Origin: Eledone cirrhosa
Lineage: Eukaryota
Assembly (NCBI GenBank): GCA_964016885.1
Contig: OZ024742.1
Span: 376,340,001-376,404,000, forward strand
Length of the DNA: 64,000 nucleotides
Reading direction: 5' to 3'
This document shows positions 13,001-28,600 of the stretch, one piece after another; the stretch's first letter is position 1; each line of letters opens with the position of its first letter. The notes below the pieces were generated by a model that searched no databases, had not been told where the DNA came from, and saw only the letters and a list, made by a program, of their open reading frames with translations. A program made the position numbers and the translations under genes.

Positions 13001-15664
13001 CAATAGTATAGAGTAATGTAAATGCTATGTGAGATAAAGCCTTTACAGTGAAAATAAAATATTATAGAGTAATGTAAATGCTATGTGAGATAAAGCCTTT
13101 ACAGTGAAAATACAATAGTATAGAGTAATGTAAATGCTATGTGAGATAAAGCCTTTACAGTGAAAATACAATAGTATAGAGTAATGTAAATGTTATGTGA
13201 GATAAAGCCTTTACAGTGAAAATACAATAGTGTAGAGTAATGTAAATGTTATGCGAGATAAAGCCTTTACAGTGAAAATACAATAGTGTAGAGTAATGTA
13301 AATGCTATGTGAGATAAAGCCTTTACAGTGAAAATACAATAGTATAGAGTAATGTAAATGCTATGTGAGATAAAGCCTTTACAGTGAAAATACAATAGTA
13401 TAGAGTAATGTAAATGTTATGTGAGATAAAGCCTTTACAGTGAAAATACAATAGTGTAGAGTAATGTAAATGCTATTTGTAATATTATGTGAGATAAAGC
13501 CTTTACAGTGAAAATACAATAGTATAGAGTAATGTAAATGCTATGTGTAATATTATGTGAGATAAAGCCTTTACAGTGAAAATACAATAGTATAGAGTAA
13601 TGTAAATGCTATGTCAGATAAAGCCTTTACAGTGAAAATACAATAGTATAGAGTAATGTAAATGTTATGCGAGATAAAGCCTTTACAGTGAAAATACAAT
13701 AGTATAGAGTAATGTAAATGCTATGTGTAATATTATGTGAGATAAAGCCTTTACAGTGAAAATATAATAGTATAGAGTAATGTAAATGCTAGGTGTAATA
13801 TTATGTGAGATAAAGCCTTTACAGTGAAAATACAATAGTATAGAGTAATGTAAATGGTATGTGAGATAAAGCCTTTAAAGTGAAAATACAATAGTATAGA
13901 GTAATGTAAATGATATGTGAGATAAAGCCTTTACAGTGAAAATACAATAGTATAGAGTAATGTAAATGTTATGTGAGATAAAGCCTTTACAGTGAAAATA
14001 CAATAGTATAGATTAATGTAAATGTTATGTGAGATAAAGCCTTTACAGTGAAGTTACAATAGTATAGAGTAATGTAAATGCTATGTGAGATAAAGCCTTT
14101 ACAGTGAAAATACAATAGTTTAGAGTAATGTAAATGTTATGTGAGATAAAGCCTTTAGAGTGAAAATACAATAGTATAGAGTAATGTAAATGCGATGTGA
14201 GATAAAGCCTTTACAGTGAAAATACAATAGTATAGAGTAATGTAAATGTTATGTGAGATAAAGCCTTTACAGTGAAAATACAATAGTATAGAGTAATGTA
14301 AATGCTATGTGTAATATTATGTGAGATAAAGCCTTTACAGTGAAAATATAATAGTATAGAGTAATGTAAATGCTAGGTGTAATATTATGTGAGATAAAGC
14401 CTTTACAGTGAAAATACAATAGTATAGAGTAATGTAAATGGTATGTGAGATAAAGCCTTTAAAGTGAAAATACAATAGTATAGAGTAATGTAAATGATAT
14501 GTGAGATAAAGCCTTTACAGTGAAAATATAATAGTATAGAGTAATGTAAATGTTATGTGAGATAAAGCCTTTACAGTGAAAATACAATAGTATAGAGTAA
14601 TGTAAATGTTATGTGAGATAAAGCCTTTACAGTGAAAATCCAATAGTGTAGAGTAATGTAAATGCTATGTGTAATATTATGTGAGATAAAGCCTTTACAG
14701 TGAAAATATAATAGTATAGAGTAATGTAAATGCTAGGTGTAATATTATGTGAGATAAAGCCTTTACAGTGAAAATACAATAGTATAGAGTAATGTAAATG
14801 TTATGTGAGATAAAGCCTTTACAGTGAAAATACAATAGTATAGAGTAATGTAAATGTTATGTGAGATAAAGCCTTTACAGTGAAAATGCAATAGTATAGA
14901 GTAATGTAAATGCTATGTGAGATAAAGCCTTTACAGTGAAAATACAATAGTATAGAGTAATGTAAATGCTATGTGAGATAAAGCCTTTACAGTGAAAATA
15001 CAATAGTATAGAGTAATGTAAATGTTATGTGAGATAAAGCCTTTACAGTGAAAATACAATAGTATAGAGTAATGTAAATGCTATGTGAGATAAAGCCTTT
15101 ACAGTGAAAATACAATAGTATAGAGTAATGTAAATGCTATGTGAGATAAAGCCTTTACAGTGAAAATACAATAGTATAGAGTAATGTAAATGCTATGTGA
15201 GATAAAGCCTTTACAGTGAAAATACAGTAGTATAGAGTAATGTAAATGTTATGTGAGATAAAGCCTTTACAGTGAAGATACAATAGTATAGAGTAATGTA
15301 AATGTTATGTGGGATAAAGCCTTTACAGTGAAAATACAATAGTATAGAGTAACGTAAATGTTAGGTGAGATAAAGCCTTTACAGTGAAAATACAATAGTA
15401 TAGAGTAATGTAAATGTTATGTGAGATAAAGCCTTTACCATGAAAATACAATAGTATAGAGTAATGTAAATGTTATGTGTAATATTATGTGAGATAAAGC
15501 CTTTACAGTGAAAGTACAATAGTATAGAGTAATGTAAATGTTATGTGAGATAAAGCCTTTACAGTGAAAATACAATAGTATAGAGTAATGTAAATGTTAT
15601 GTGAGATAAAGCCTTTACAGTGAAAATACAATAGTATAGAGAAATGTAAATGTTATGTGTAATA

Positions 15665-18600
15665 TTATGTGAGATAAAGCCTTTACAGTGAAAATACAAT
15701 AGTATAGAGTAATGTAAATGTTATGTGTAATATTATGTGAGATAAAGCCTTTTCAGTGAAAATACAATAGTATAGAGTAATGTAAATGTTATGTGAGATA
15801 AAACCTTTACAGTGAAAATACAATAGTATAGAGTAATGTAAATGTTATTTGTAATATTATGTGAAATAAAGCCTTTTCAGTGAAAATACAATAGTATAGA
15901 GTAATGTAAATGTTACGTGAGATAAAGCCTTTACAGTGAAAATACAATAGTATAGAGTAATGTAAATGCTATGTGAGATAAAGCCTTTACAGTGAAAATA
16001 CAATAGTATAGAGTAATGTAAATGTTACGTGAGATAAAGCCTTTACAGTGAAAATACAATAGTATAGAGTAATGTAAATGTTATGTGAGATAAAGCCTTT
16101 ACAGTGAAAATACAATAGTATAGAGTAATGTAAATGTTATGTGAGATAAAGCCTTTACAGTGAAAATACAATAGTATAGAGTAATGTAAATGCTATGTGA
16201 GATAAAGCCTTTACAGTGAAAATACAATAGTATAGAGTAATGTAAATGTTACGTGAGATAAAGCCTTTACAGTGAAAATACAATAGTATAGAGTAATGTA
16301 AATGCTATGTGAGATAAAGCCTTTACAGTGAAAATACAATAGTATAGAGTAATGTAAATGCTATGTGAGATAAAGCCTTTACAGTGAAAATACAATAGTA
16401 TAGAGTAATGTAAATGCAATGTGAGATAAAGCCTTTACAGTGAAAATACAATAGTATAGAGTAATGTAAATGCTATGTGAGATAAAGCCTTTACAGTGAA
16501 AATAAAATAGCATAGAGTAATGTAAATGCTATGTGAGATAAAGCCTTTACAGTGAAAATACAATAGTATAGAGTAATGTAAATGCTATGTGAGATAAAGC
16601 CTTTACAGTGAAAATACAATAGTATAGAGTAATGTAAATGTTATGTGAGATAAAGCCTTTACAGTGAAAATACAATAGTGTAGAGTAATGTAAATGTTAT
16701 GTGAGATAAAGCCTTTACAGTGAAAGTACAATAGTGTAGAGTAATGTAAATGCTATGTGAGATAAAGCCTTTACAGTGAAAATACAATAGTATAGAGTAA
16801 TGTAAATGCTATGTGAGATAAAGCCTTTACAGTGAAAATACAATAGTATAGAGTAATGTAAATGTTATGGGAGATAAAGCCTTTACAGTGAAAATACAAT
16901 AGTATAGAGTAATGTAAATGCTATGTGTAATAATATGTGAGATAAAGTCTTTACAGTGAAAATATAATAGTATAGAGTAATGTAAATGCTAGGTGTAATA
17001 TTATGTGAGATAAAGCCTTTACAGTGAAAATACAATAGTATAGAGTAATGTAAATGGTATGTGAGATAAAGCCTTTAAAGTGAAAATACAATAGTATAGA
17101 GTAATGTAAATGATATGTGAGATAAAGCCTTTACAGTGAAACTACAATAGTATAGAGTAATGTAAATGTTATGTGAGATAAAGCCTTTACATTGAAAATA
17201 CAATAGTATAGAGTAATGTAAATGCTATGTGAGATAAAGCCTTTACAGTGAAAATACAATAGTATAGAGTAATGTAAATGTTATGTGAGATAAAGCCTTT
17301 ACAGTGAAAATACAATAGTATAGAGTAATGTAAATGCTATGTGAGATAAAGCCTTTACAGTGAAAATACAATAGTATAGAGTAATGTAAATGTTATGTGA
17401 GATAAAGCCTTTACAGTGAAAATACAATAGTATAGAGTAATGTAAATGTTATGTGAGATAAAGCCTTTACAGTGAAAATACAATAGTATAGAGTAATGTA
17501 AATGTTATGTGTAATATTATGTGAGATAAAGCCTTTTCAGTGAAAATACAATAGTATAGAGTAATGTAAATGTTATGTGAGATAAAACCTTTACAGTGAA
17601 AATACAATAGTATAGAGTAATGTAAATGTTATTTGTAATATTATGTGAAATAAAGCCTTTTCAGTGAAAATACAATAGTATAGAGTAATGTAAATGTTAC
17701 GTGAGATAAAGCCTTTACAGTGAAAATACAATAGTATAGAGTAATGTAAATGCTATGTGAGATAAAGCCTTTACAGTGAAAATACAATAGTATAGAGTAA
17801 TGTAAATGTTACGTGAGATAAAGCCTTTACAGTGAAAATACAATAGTATAGAGTAATGTAAATGTTATGTGAGATAAAGCCTTTACAGTGAAAATACAAT
17901 AGTATAGAGTAATGTAAATGTTATGTGAGATAAAGCCTTTACAGTGAAAATACAATAGTATAGAGTAATGTAAATGCTATGTGAGATAAAGCCTTTACAG
18001 TGAAAATACAATAGTATAGAGTAATGTAAATGTTACGTGAGATAAAGCCTTTACAGTGAAAATACAATAGTATAGAGTAATGTAAATGCTATGTGAGATA
18101 AAGCCTTTACAGTGAAAATACAATAGTATAGAGTAATGTAAATGCTATGTGAGATAAAGCCTTTACAGTGAAAATACAATAGTATAGAGTAATGTAAATG
18201 CAATGTGAGATAAAGCCTTTACAGTGAAAATACAATAGTATAGAGTAATGTAAATGCTATGTGAGATAAAGCCTTTACAGTGAAAATAAAATAGCATAGA
18301 GTAATGTAAATGCTATGTGAGATAAAGCCTTTACAGTGAAAATACAATAGTATAGAGTAATGTAAATGCTATGTGAGATAAAGCCTTTACAGTGAAAATA
18401 CAATAGTATAGAGTAATGTAAATGTTATGTGAGATAAAGCCTTTACAGTGAAAATACAATAGTGTAGAGTAATGTAAATGTTATGTGAGATAAAGCCTTT
18501 ACAGTGAAAGTACAATAGTGTAGAGTAATGTAAATGCTATGTGAGATAAAGCCTTTACAGTGAAAATACAATAGTATAGAGTAATGTAAATGCTATGTGA

Positions 18601-19232
18601 GATAAAGCCTTTACAGTGAAAATACAATAGTATAGAGTAATGTAAATGTTATGGGAGATAAAGCCTTTACAGTGAAAATACAATAGTATAGAGTAATGTA
18701 AATGCTATGTGTAATAATATGTGAGATAAAGTCTTTACAGTGAAAATATAATAGTATAGAGTAATGTAAATGCTAGGTGTAATATTATGTGAGATAAAGC
18801 CTTTACAGTGAAAATACAATAGTATAGAGTAATGTAAATGGTATGTGAGATAAAGCCTTTAAAGTGAAAATACAATAGTATAGAGTAATGTAAATGATAT
18901 GTGAGATAAAGCCTTTACAGTGAAACTACAATAGTATAGAGTAATGTAAATGTTATGTGAGATAAAGCCTTTACATTGAAAATACAATAGTATAGAGTAA
19001 TGTAAATGCTATGTGAGATAAAGCCTTTACAGTGAAAATACAATAGTATAGAGTAATGTAAATGTTATGTGAGATAAAGCCTTTACAGTGAAAATACAAT
19101 AGTATAGAGTAATGTAAATGCTATGTGAGATAAAGCCTTTACAGTGAAAATACAATAGTATAGAGTAATGTAAATGTTATGTGAGATAAAGCCTTTACAG
19201 TGAAAATACAATAGTATAGAGTAATGTAAATG
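15665..19232 (+). repeat. Recent tandem duplication, 2 x 1784 bp (31 monomers: 27x56 + 4x68)
   Basis: Markers lie exactly 1784 apart: AATGTTATTTGT 15841/17625 and AATGTTATGGGAG 16861/18645. TAATAATATG, GAAACTAC and TACATTG are also shared in order. Confidence 0.92.
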
Positions 19233-22200
19233 CTATGTGAGATAAAGCCTTTACAGTGAAAATACAATAGTATAGAGTAATGTAAATGTTATGTGAGATA
19301 AAGCCTTTACAGTGAAAATACAATAGTATAGAGTAATGTAAATGTTATGTGAGATAAAGCCTTTACAGTGAAAATACAATAGTATAGAGTAATGTAAATG
19401 CTATGTGAGATAAAGCCTTTACAGTGAAAATACAATAGTATAGAGTAATGTAAATGTTATGTGAGATAAAGCCTTTACAGTGAAAATACAATAGTGTAGA
19501 GTAATGTAAATGTTATGCGAGATAAAGCCTTTACAGTGAAAATACAATAGTGTAGAGTAATGTAAATGCTATGTGAGATAAAGCCTTTACAGTGAAAATA
19601 CAATAGTATAGAGTAATGTAAATGCTATGTGAGATAAAGCCTTTACAGTGAAAATACAATAGTATAGAGTAATGTAAATGTTATGTGAGATAAAGCCTTT
19701 ACAGTGAAAATACAATAGTGTAGAGTAATGTAAATGCTATTTGTAATATTATGTGAGATAAAGCCTTTACAGTGAAAATACAATAGTATAGAGTAATGTA
19801 AATGCTATGTGTAATATTATGTGAGATAAAGCCTTTACAGTGAAAATACAATAGTATAGAGTAATGTAAATGCTATGTCAGATAAAGCCTTTACAGTGAA
19901 AATACAATAGTATAGAGTAATGTAAATGTTATGTGAGATAAAGCCTTTACAGTGAAAATACAATAGTATAGAGTAATGTAAATGCTATGTGTAATATTAT
20001 GTGAGATAAAGCCTTTACAGTGAAAATATAATAGTATAGAGTAATGTAAATGCTAGGTGTAATATTATGTGAGATAAAGCCTTTACAGTGAAAATACAAT
20101 AGTATAGAGTAATGTAAATGGTATGTGAGATAAAGCCTTTAAAGTGAAAATACAATAGTATAGAGTAATGTAAATGATATGTGAGATAAAGCCTTTACAG
20201 TGAAAATACAATAGTATAGAGTAATGTAAATGTTATGTGAGATAAAGCCTTTACAGTGAAAATACAATAGTATAGATTAATGTAAATGTTATGTGAGATA
20301 AAGCCTTTACAGTGAAGTTACAATAGTATAGAGTAATGTAAATGCTATGTGAGATAAAGCCTTTACAGTGAAAATACAATAGTTTAGAGTAATGTAAATG
20401 TTATGTGAGATAAAGCCTTTAGAGTGAAAATACAATAGTATAGAGTAATGTAAATGCGATGTGAGATAAAGCCTTTACAGTGAAAATACAATAGTATAGA
20501 GTAATGTAAATGTTATGTGAGATAAAGCCTTTACAGTGAAAATACAATAGTATAGAGTAATGTAAATGCTAGGTGTAATATTATGTGAGATAAAGCCTTT
20601 ACAGTGAAAATACAATAGTATAGAGTAATGTAAATGGTATGTGAGATAAAGCCTTTAAAGTGAAAATACAATAGTATAGAGTAATGTAAATGATATGTGA
20701 GATAAAGCCTTTACAGTGAAAATACAATAGTATAGAGTAATGTAAATGCTATGTGAGATAAAGCCTTTACAGTGAAAATACAATAGTATAGAGTAATGTA
20801 AATGTTATGTGAGATAAAGCCTTTACAGTGAAAATACAATAGTATAGAGTAATGTAAATGCTATGTGAGATAAAGCCTTTACAGTGAAAATACAATAGTA
20901 TAGAGTAATGTAAATGCTATGTGAGATAAAGCCTTTACAGTGAAAATACAATAGTATAGAGTAATGTAAATGCTATGTGAGATAAAGCCTTTACAGTGAA
21001 AATACAGTAGTATAGAGTAATGTAAATGTTATGTGAGATAAAGCCTTTACAGTGAAGATACAATAGTATAGAGTAATGTAAATGTTATGTGGGATAAAGC
21101 CTTTACAGTGAAAATACAATAGTATAGAGTAACGTAAATGTTAGGTGAGATAAAGCCTTTACAGTGAAAATACAATAGTATAGAGTAATGTAAATGTTAT
21201 GTGAGATAAAGCCTTTACCATGAAAATACAATAGTATAGAGTAATGTAAATGTTATGTGTAATATTATGTGAGATAAAGCCTTTACAGTGAAAGTACAAT
21301 AGTATAGAGTAATGTAAATGTTATGTGAGATAAAGCCTTTACAGTGAAAATACAATAGTATAGAGTAATGTAAATGTTATGTGAGATAAAGCCTTTACAG
21401 TGAAAATACAATAGTATAGAGAAATGTAAATGTTATGTGTAATATTATGTGAGATAAAGCCTTTACAGTGAAAATACAATAGTATAGAGTAATGTAAATG
21501 TTATGTGTAATATTATGTGAGATAAAGCCTTTTCAGTGAAAATACAATAGTATAGAGTAATGTAAATGTTATGTGAGATAAAACCTTTACAGTGAAAATA
21601 CAATAGTATAGAGTAATGTAAATGTTATTTGTAATATTATGTGAAATAAAGCCTTTTCAGTGAAAATACAATAGTATAGAGTAATGTAAATGTTACGTGA
21701 GATAAAGCCTTTACAGTGAAAATACAATAGTATAGAGTAATGTAAATGCTATGTGAGATAAAGCCTTTACAGTGAAAATACAATAGTATAGAGTAATGTA
21801 AATGTTACGTGAGATAAAGCCTTTACAGTGAAAATACAATAGTATAGAGTAATGTAAATGTTATGTGAGATAAAGCCTTTACAGTGAAAATACAATAGTA
21901 TAGAGTAATGTAAATGTTATGTGAGATAAAGCCTTTACAGTGAAAATACAATAGTATAGAGTAATGTAAATGCTATGTGAGATAAAGCCTTTACAGTGAA
22001 AATACAATAGTATAGAGTAATGTAAATGTTACGTGAGATAAAGCCTTTACAGTGAAAATACAATAGTATAGAGTAATGTAAATGCTATGTGAGATAAAGC
22101 CTTTACAGTGAAAATACAATAGTATAGAGTAATGTAAATGCTATGTGAGATAAAGCCTTTACAGTGAAAATACAATAGTATAGAGTAATGTAAATGCAAT

Positions 22201-23939
22201 GTGAGATAAAGCCTTTACAGTGAAAATACAATAGTATAGAGTAATGTAAATGCTATGTGAGATAAAGCCTTTACAGTGAAAATAAAATAGCATAGAGTAA
22301 TGTAAATGCTATGTGAGATAAAGCCTTTACAGTGAAAATACAATAGTATAGAGTAATGTAAATGCTATGTGAGATAAAGCCTTTACAGTGAAAATACAAT
22401 AGTATAGAGTAATGTAAATGTTATGTGAGATAAAGCCTTTACAGTGAAAATACAATAGTGTAGAGTAATGTAAATGTTATGTGAGATAAAGCCTTTACAG
22501 TGAAAGTACAATAGTGTAGAGTAATGTAAATGCTATGTGAGATAAAGCCTTTACAGTGAAAATACAATAGTATAGAGTAATGTAAATGCTATGTGAGATA
22601 AAGCCTTTACAGTGAAAATACAATAGTATAGAGTAATGTAAATGTTATGGGAGATAAAGCCTTTACAGTGAAAATACAATAGTATAGAGTAATGTAAATG
22701 CTATGTGTAATAATATGTGAGATAAAGTCTTTACAGTGAAAATATAATAGTATAGAGTAATGTAAATGCTAGGTGTAATATTATGTGAGATAAAGCCTTT
22801 ACAGTGAAAATACAATAGTATAGAGTAATGTAAATGGTATGTGAGATAAAGCCTTTAAAGTGAAAATACAATAGTATAGAGTAATGTAAATGATATGTGA
22901 GATAAAGCCTTTACAGTGAAACTACAATAGTATAGAGTAATGTAAATGTTATGTGAGATAAAGCCTTTACATTGAAAATACAATAGTATAGAGTAATGTA
23001 AATGCTATGTGAGATAAAGCCTTTACAGTGAAAATACAATAGTATAGAGTAATGTAAATGTTATGTGAGATAAAGCCTTTACAGTGAAAATACAATAGTA
23101 TAGAGTAATGTAAATGCTATGTGAGATAAAGCCTTTACAGTGAAAATACAATAGTATAGAGTAATGTAAATGTTATGTGAGATAAAGCCTTTACAGTGAA
23201 AATACAATAGTATAGAGTAATGTAAATGCTATGTGAGATAAAGCCTTTACAGTGAAAATACAATAGTATAGAGTAATGTAAATGTTATGTGAGATAAAGC
23301 CTTTACAGTGAAAATACAATAGTATAGAGTAATGTAAATGTTATGTGAGATAAAGCCTTTACAGTGAAAATACAATAGTATAGAGTAATGTAAATGCTAT
23401 GTGAGATAAAGCCTTTACAGTGAAAATACAATAGTATAGAGTAATGTAAATGTTATGTGAGATAAAGCCTTTACAGTGAAAATACAATAGTATAGAGTAA
23501 TGTAAATGCTATGTGAGATAAAGCCTTTAACAGTGAAAATACAATAGTATAGAGTAATGTAAATGTTATGTGAGATAAAGCCTTTACAGTGAAAATACAA
23601 TAGTATAGAGTAATGTAAGTGTTATGTGAGATAAAGCCTTTACAGTGAAAATACAATAGTATAGAGTAATGTAAATGTTATGTGAGATAAAGCCTTTACA
23701 TTGAAGATACAATAGTATAGAGTAATGTAAATCTTAAGTGAGATAAAGCCTTTACAGTGAAAATACAATAGTATAGAGTAATGTAAATGTTATGTGAGAT
23801 AAAGCCTTTACAGTGAAAATACAATAGTATAGAGTAATGTAAGTGTTATGTGAGATAAAGCCTTTACAGTGAAAATACAATAGTATAGAGTAATGTAAAT
23901 GTTATGTGAGATAAAGCCTTTACAGTGAAAATACAATAG

Positions 23940-24440
23940 TATAGAGTAATGTAAATGTTATGTGAGATTAAGCCTTTAGAGTGAAAATACAATAGTATAG
24001 AGTAATGTAAATGTTATGTGAGATAAAGCCTTTACAGTGAAAATACAATAGTATAGAGTAATGTAAATGCTATGTGTAATATTATGTGAGATAAAGCCTT
24101 TACAGTGAAAATATAATAGTATAGAGTAATGTAAATGCTAGGTGTAATATTATGTGAGATAAAGCCTTTACAGTGAAAATAAAATAGTATAGAGTAATGT
24201 AAATGTTATGTGAGATTAAGCCTTTAGAGTGAAAATACAATAGTATAGAGTAATGTAAATGTTATGTGAGATAAAGCCTTTACAGTGAAAATACAATAGT
24301 ATAGAGTAATGTAAATGCTATGTGTAATATTATGTGAGATAAAGCCTTTACAGTGAAAATATAATAGTATAGAGTAATGTAAATGCTAGGTGTAATATTA
24401 TGTGAGATAAAGCCTTTACAGTGAAAATAAAATAGTATAG
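23940..24440 (+). repeat. Local tandem duplication, 2 x 248 bp (4 monomers: 2x56 + 2x68)
   Basis: TGTGAGATTAAGCCTTTAGAG occurs at 23961 and 24209. The homologous block near 36.15-36.4 kb has a single copy. Confidence 0.88.
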
Positions 24441-25646
24441 AGTAATGTAAATGTTATGTGAGATAAAGCCTTTACAGTGAAAATACAATAGTATAGAGTA
24501 ATGTAAATGATATGTGAGATAAAGCCTTTACAGTGAAAATACAATAGTATAGAGTAATGTAAATGTTATGTGTAATATTATGTGAGATAAAGCCTTTTCA
24601 GTGAAAATACAATAGTATAGAGTAATGTAAATGTTATGTGTAATATTATGTGAGGTAAAGCCTTAATAGTGAAAATACAATAGTATAGAGTAATGTAAAT
24701 GTTATGTGAGATAAAGCCTTTACAGTCAAAATACAATAGTATAGAGTAATGTAAATGCTATGTGAGATAAAGCCTTTGCAGTGAAAATACAATAGTATAG
24801 AGTAATGTAAATGTTATGTGAGATAAAGCCTTTACAGTGAAAATACAATAGTATAGAGTAATGTAAATGTTATGTGAGATAAAGCCTTTACAGTTAACAT
24901 ACAATAGTATAGAGTAATGTAAATGATATCTGAGATAAAGCCTTTACAGTGAAAATACAATAGTATAGAGCAATGTAAATGTTATGTGTAATATTATGTG
25001 AGATAAAGCCTTTTCAGTGAAAATACAATAGTATAGAATAATGTAAATGTTATGTGAGATAAAGCCTTTACAGTGAAAATACAATAGTATAGAGTAATGT
25101 AAATGTTATATGTAATATTATGTGAGATAAAGCCTTTACAGCGAAAATACAATAGTATAGAGTAATGTAAATTTTATGTGTAATATTATGTGAGATAAAG
25201 CCTTTACAGTGAAAATACAATAGTATAGAGTAATGTAAATGTCATGTGAGATAAAGCCTTTACAGTGAAAATACAATAGTATAGAGTAATATAAATGCTA
25301 TGTGTAATATTATCTGAGATAAAGCCTTTACAGTGAAAATACAATAGTATAGAGTAATGTAAATGTTATGTGAGATAAAGCCTTTACAGTGAAAATACAA
25401 TAGTATAGAATAATGTAAATGCTATGTGAGATAAAGCCTTTACAGTGAAAATACAATAGTATAGAGTAATGTAAATGTTATGTGAGATAAAGCCTTTACA
25501 GTGAAAATACAATAGTATAGAGTAATGTAAATGCTATGTGAGATAAAGCCTTTACAGTGAAAATACAATAGTATAGAGTAATGTAAATGTTATGTGAGAT
25601 AAAGCCTTTACAGTGAAAATACAATTGTATAGAGTAATGTAAATGC

Positions 25647-28600
25647 TATGTGAGATAAAGCCTTTACAGTGAAAATACAATAGTATAGAGTAATGTAAAT
25701 GCTATGTGAGATAAAGCCTTTACAGTGAAAATACAATAGTATAGAGTAATGTTAATGTTATGTGAGATAAAGCCTTTTCGGTGAAAATACAATAGTATAG
25801 AGTAATGTAAATGTTATGTGAGATAAAACCTTTACAGTGAAAATACAATAGTATAGAGCAATGTAAATGTTATGTGTAATATTATGTGAGATAAAGCCTT
25901 TACAGTGAAAATACAATAGTATAGAGTAATGTAAATGTTATGTGAGATAAAGCCTTTACAGTGAAAATACAATAGTATAGAGTAATGTAAATGCAATGTG
26001 AGATAAAGCCTTTACAGTGAAAATACAATAGTATAGAGTAATGTAAATGCTATGTGAGATAAAGCCTTTACAGTGAAAATAAAATAGTATAGAGTAATGT
26101 AAATGCTATGTGAGATAAAGCCTTTACAGTGAAAATACAATAGTATAGAGTAATGTAAATGCTATGTGAGATAAAGCCTTTACAGTGAAAATACAATAGT
26201 ATAGAGTAATGTAAATGTTATGTGAGATAAAGCCTTTACAGTGAAAATACAATAGTGTAGAGTAATGTAAATGTTATGCGAGATAAAGCCTTTACAGTGA
26301 AAATACAATAGTGTAGAGTAATGTAAATGCTATGTGAGATAAAGCCTTTACAGTGAAAATACAATAGTATAGAGTAATGTAAATGCTATGTGAGATAAAG
26401 CCTTTACAGTGAAAATACAATAGTATAGAGTAATGTAAATGTTATGTGAGATAAAGCCTTTACAGTGAAAATACAATAGTGTAGAGTAATGTAAATGCTA
26501 TTTGTAATATTATGTGAGATAAAGCCTTTACAGTGAAAATACAATAGTATAGAGTAATGTAAATGCTATGTGTAATATTATGTGAGATAAAGCCTTTACA
26601 GTGAAAATACAATAGTATAGAGTAATGTAAATGCTATGTCAGATAAAGCCTTTACAGTGAAAATACAATAGTATAGAGTAATGTAAATGTTATGTGAGAT
26701 AAAGCCTTTACAGTGAAAATACAATAGTATAGAGTAATGTAAATGCTATGTGTAATATTATGTGAGATAAAGCCTTTACAGTGAAAATATAATAGTATAG
26801 AGTAATGTAAATGCTAGGTGTAATATTATGTGAGATAAAGCCTTTACAGTGAAAATACAATAGTATAGAGTAATGTAAATGGTATGTGAGATAAAGCCTT
26901 TAAAGTGAAAATACAATAGTATAGAGTAATGTAAATGATATGTGAGATAAAGCCTTTACAGTGAAAATACAATAGTATAGAGTAATGTAAATGTTATGTG
27001 AGATAAAGCCTTTACAGTGAAAATACAATAGTATAGATTAATGTAAATGTTATGTGAGATAAAGCCTTTACAGTGAAGTTACAATAGTATAGAGTAATGT
27101 AAATGCTATGTGAGATAAAGCCTTTACAGTGAAAATACAATAGTTTAGAGTAATGTAAATGTTATGTGAGATAAAGCCTTTAGAGTGAAAATACAATAGT
27201 ATAGAGTAATGTAAATGCGATGTGAGATAAAGCCTTTACAGTGAAAATACAATAGTATAGAGTAATGTAAATGTTATGTGAGATAAAGCCTTTACAGTGA
27301 AAATACAATAGTATAGAGTAATGTAAATGCTATGTGTAATATTATGTGAGATAAAGCCTTTACAGTGAAAATATAATAGTATAGAGTAATGTAAATGCTA
27401 GGTGTAATATTATGTGAGATAAAGCCTTTACAGTGAAAATACAATAGTATAGAGTAATGTAAATGGTATGTGAGATAAAGCCTTTAAAGTGAAAATACAA
27501 TAGTATAGAGTAATGTAAATGATATGTGAGATAAAGCCTTTACAGTGAAAATATAATAGTATAGAGTAATGTAAATGTTATGTGAGATAAAGCCTTTACA
27601 GTGAAAATACAATAGTATAGAGTAATGTAAATGTTATGTGAGATAAAGCCTTTACAGTGAAAATCCAATAGTGTAGAGTAATGTAAATGCTATGTGTAAT
27701 ATTATGTGAGATAAAGCCTTTACAGTGAAAATATAATAGTATAGAGTAATGTAAATGCTAGGTGTAATATTATGTGAGATAAAGCCTTTACAGTGAAAAT
27801 ACAATAGTATAGAGTAATGTAAATGTTATGTGAGATAAAGCCTTTACAGTGAAAATACAATAGTATAGAGTAATGTAAATGTTATGTGAGATAAAGCCTT
27901 TACAGTGAAAATGCAATAGTATAGAGTAATGTAAATGCTATGTGAGATAAAGCCTTTACAGTGAAAATACAATAGTATAGAGTAATGTAAATGCTATGTG
28001 AGATAAAGCCTTTACAGTGAAAATACAATAGTATAGAGTAATGTAAATGTTATGTGAGATAAAGCCTTTACAGTGAAAATACAATAGTATAGAGTAATGT
28101 AAATGCTATGTGAGATAAAGCCTTTACAGTGAAAATACAATAGTATAGAGTAATGTAAATGCTATGTGAGATAAAGCCTTTACAGTGAAAATACAATAGT
28201 ATAGAGTAATGTAAATGCTATGTGAGATAAAGCCTTTACAGTGAAAATACAGTAGTATAGAGTAATGTAAATGTTATGTGAGATAAAGCCTTTACAGTGA
28301 AGATACAATAGTATAGAGTAATGTAAATGTTATGTGGGATAAAGCCTTTACAGTGAAAATACAATAGTATAGAGTAACGTAAATGTTAGGTGAGATAAAG
28401 CCTTTACAGTGAAAATACAATAGTATAGAGTAATGTAAATGTTATGTGAGATAAAGCCTTTACCATGAAAATACAATAGTATAGAGTAATGTAAATGTTA
28501 TGTGTAATATTATGTGAGATAAAGCCTTTACAGTGAAAGTACAATAGTATAGAGTAATGTAAATGTTATGTGAGATAAAGCTTTTACAGTGAAAATACAA

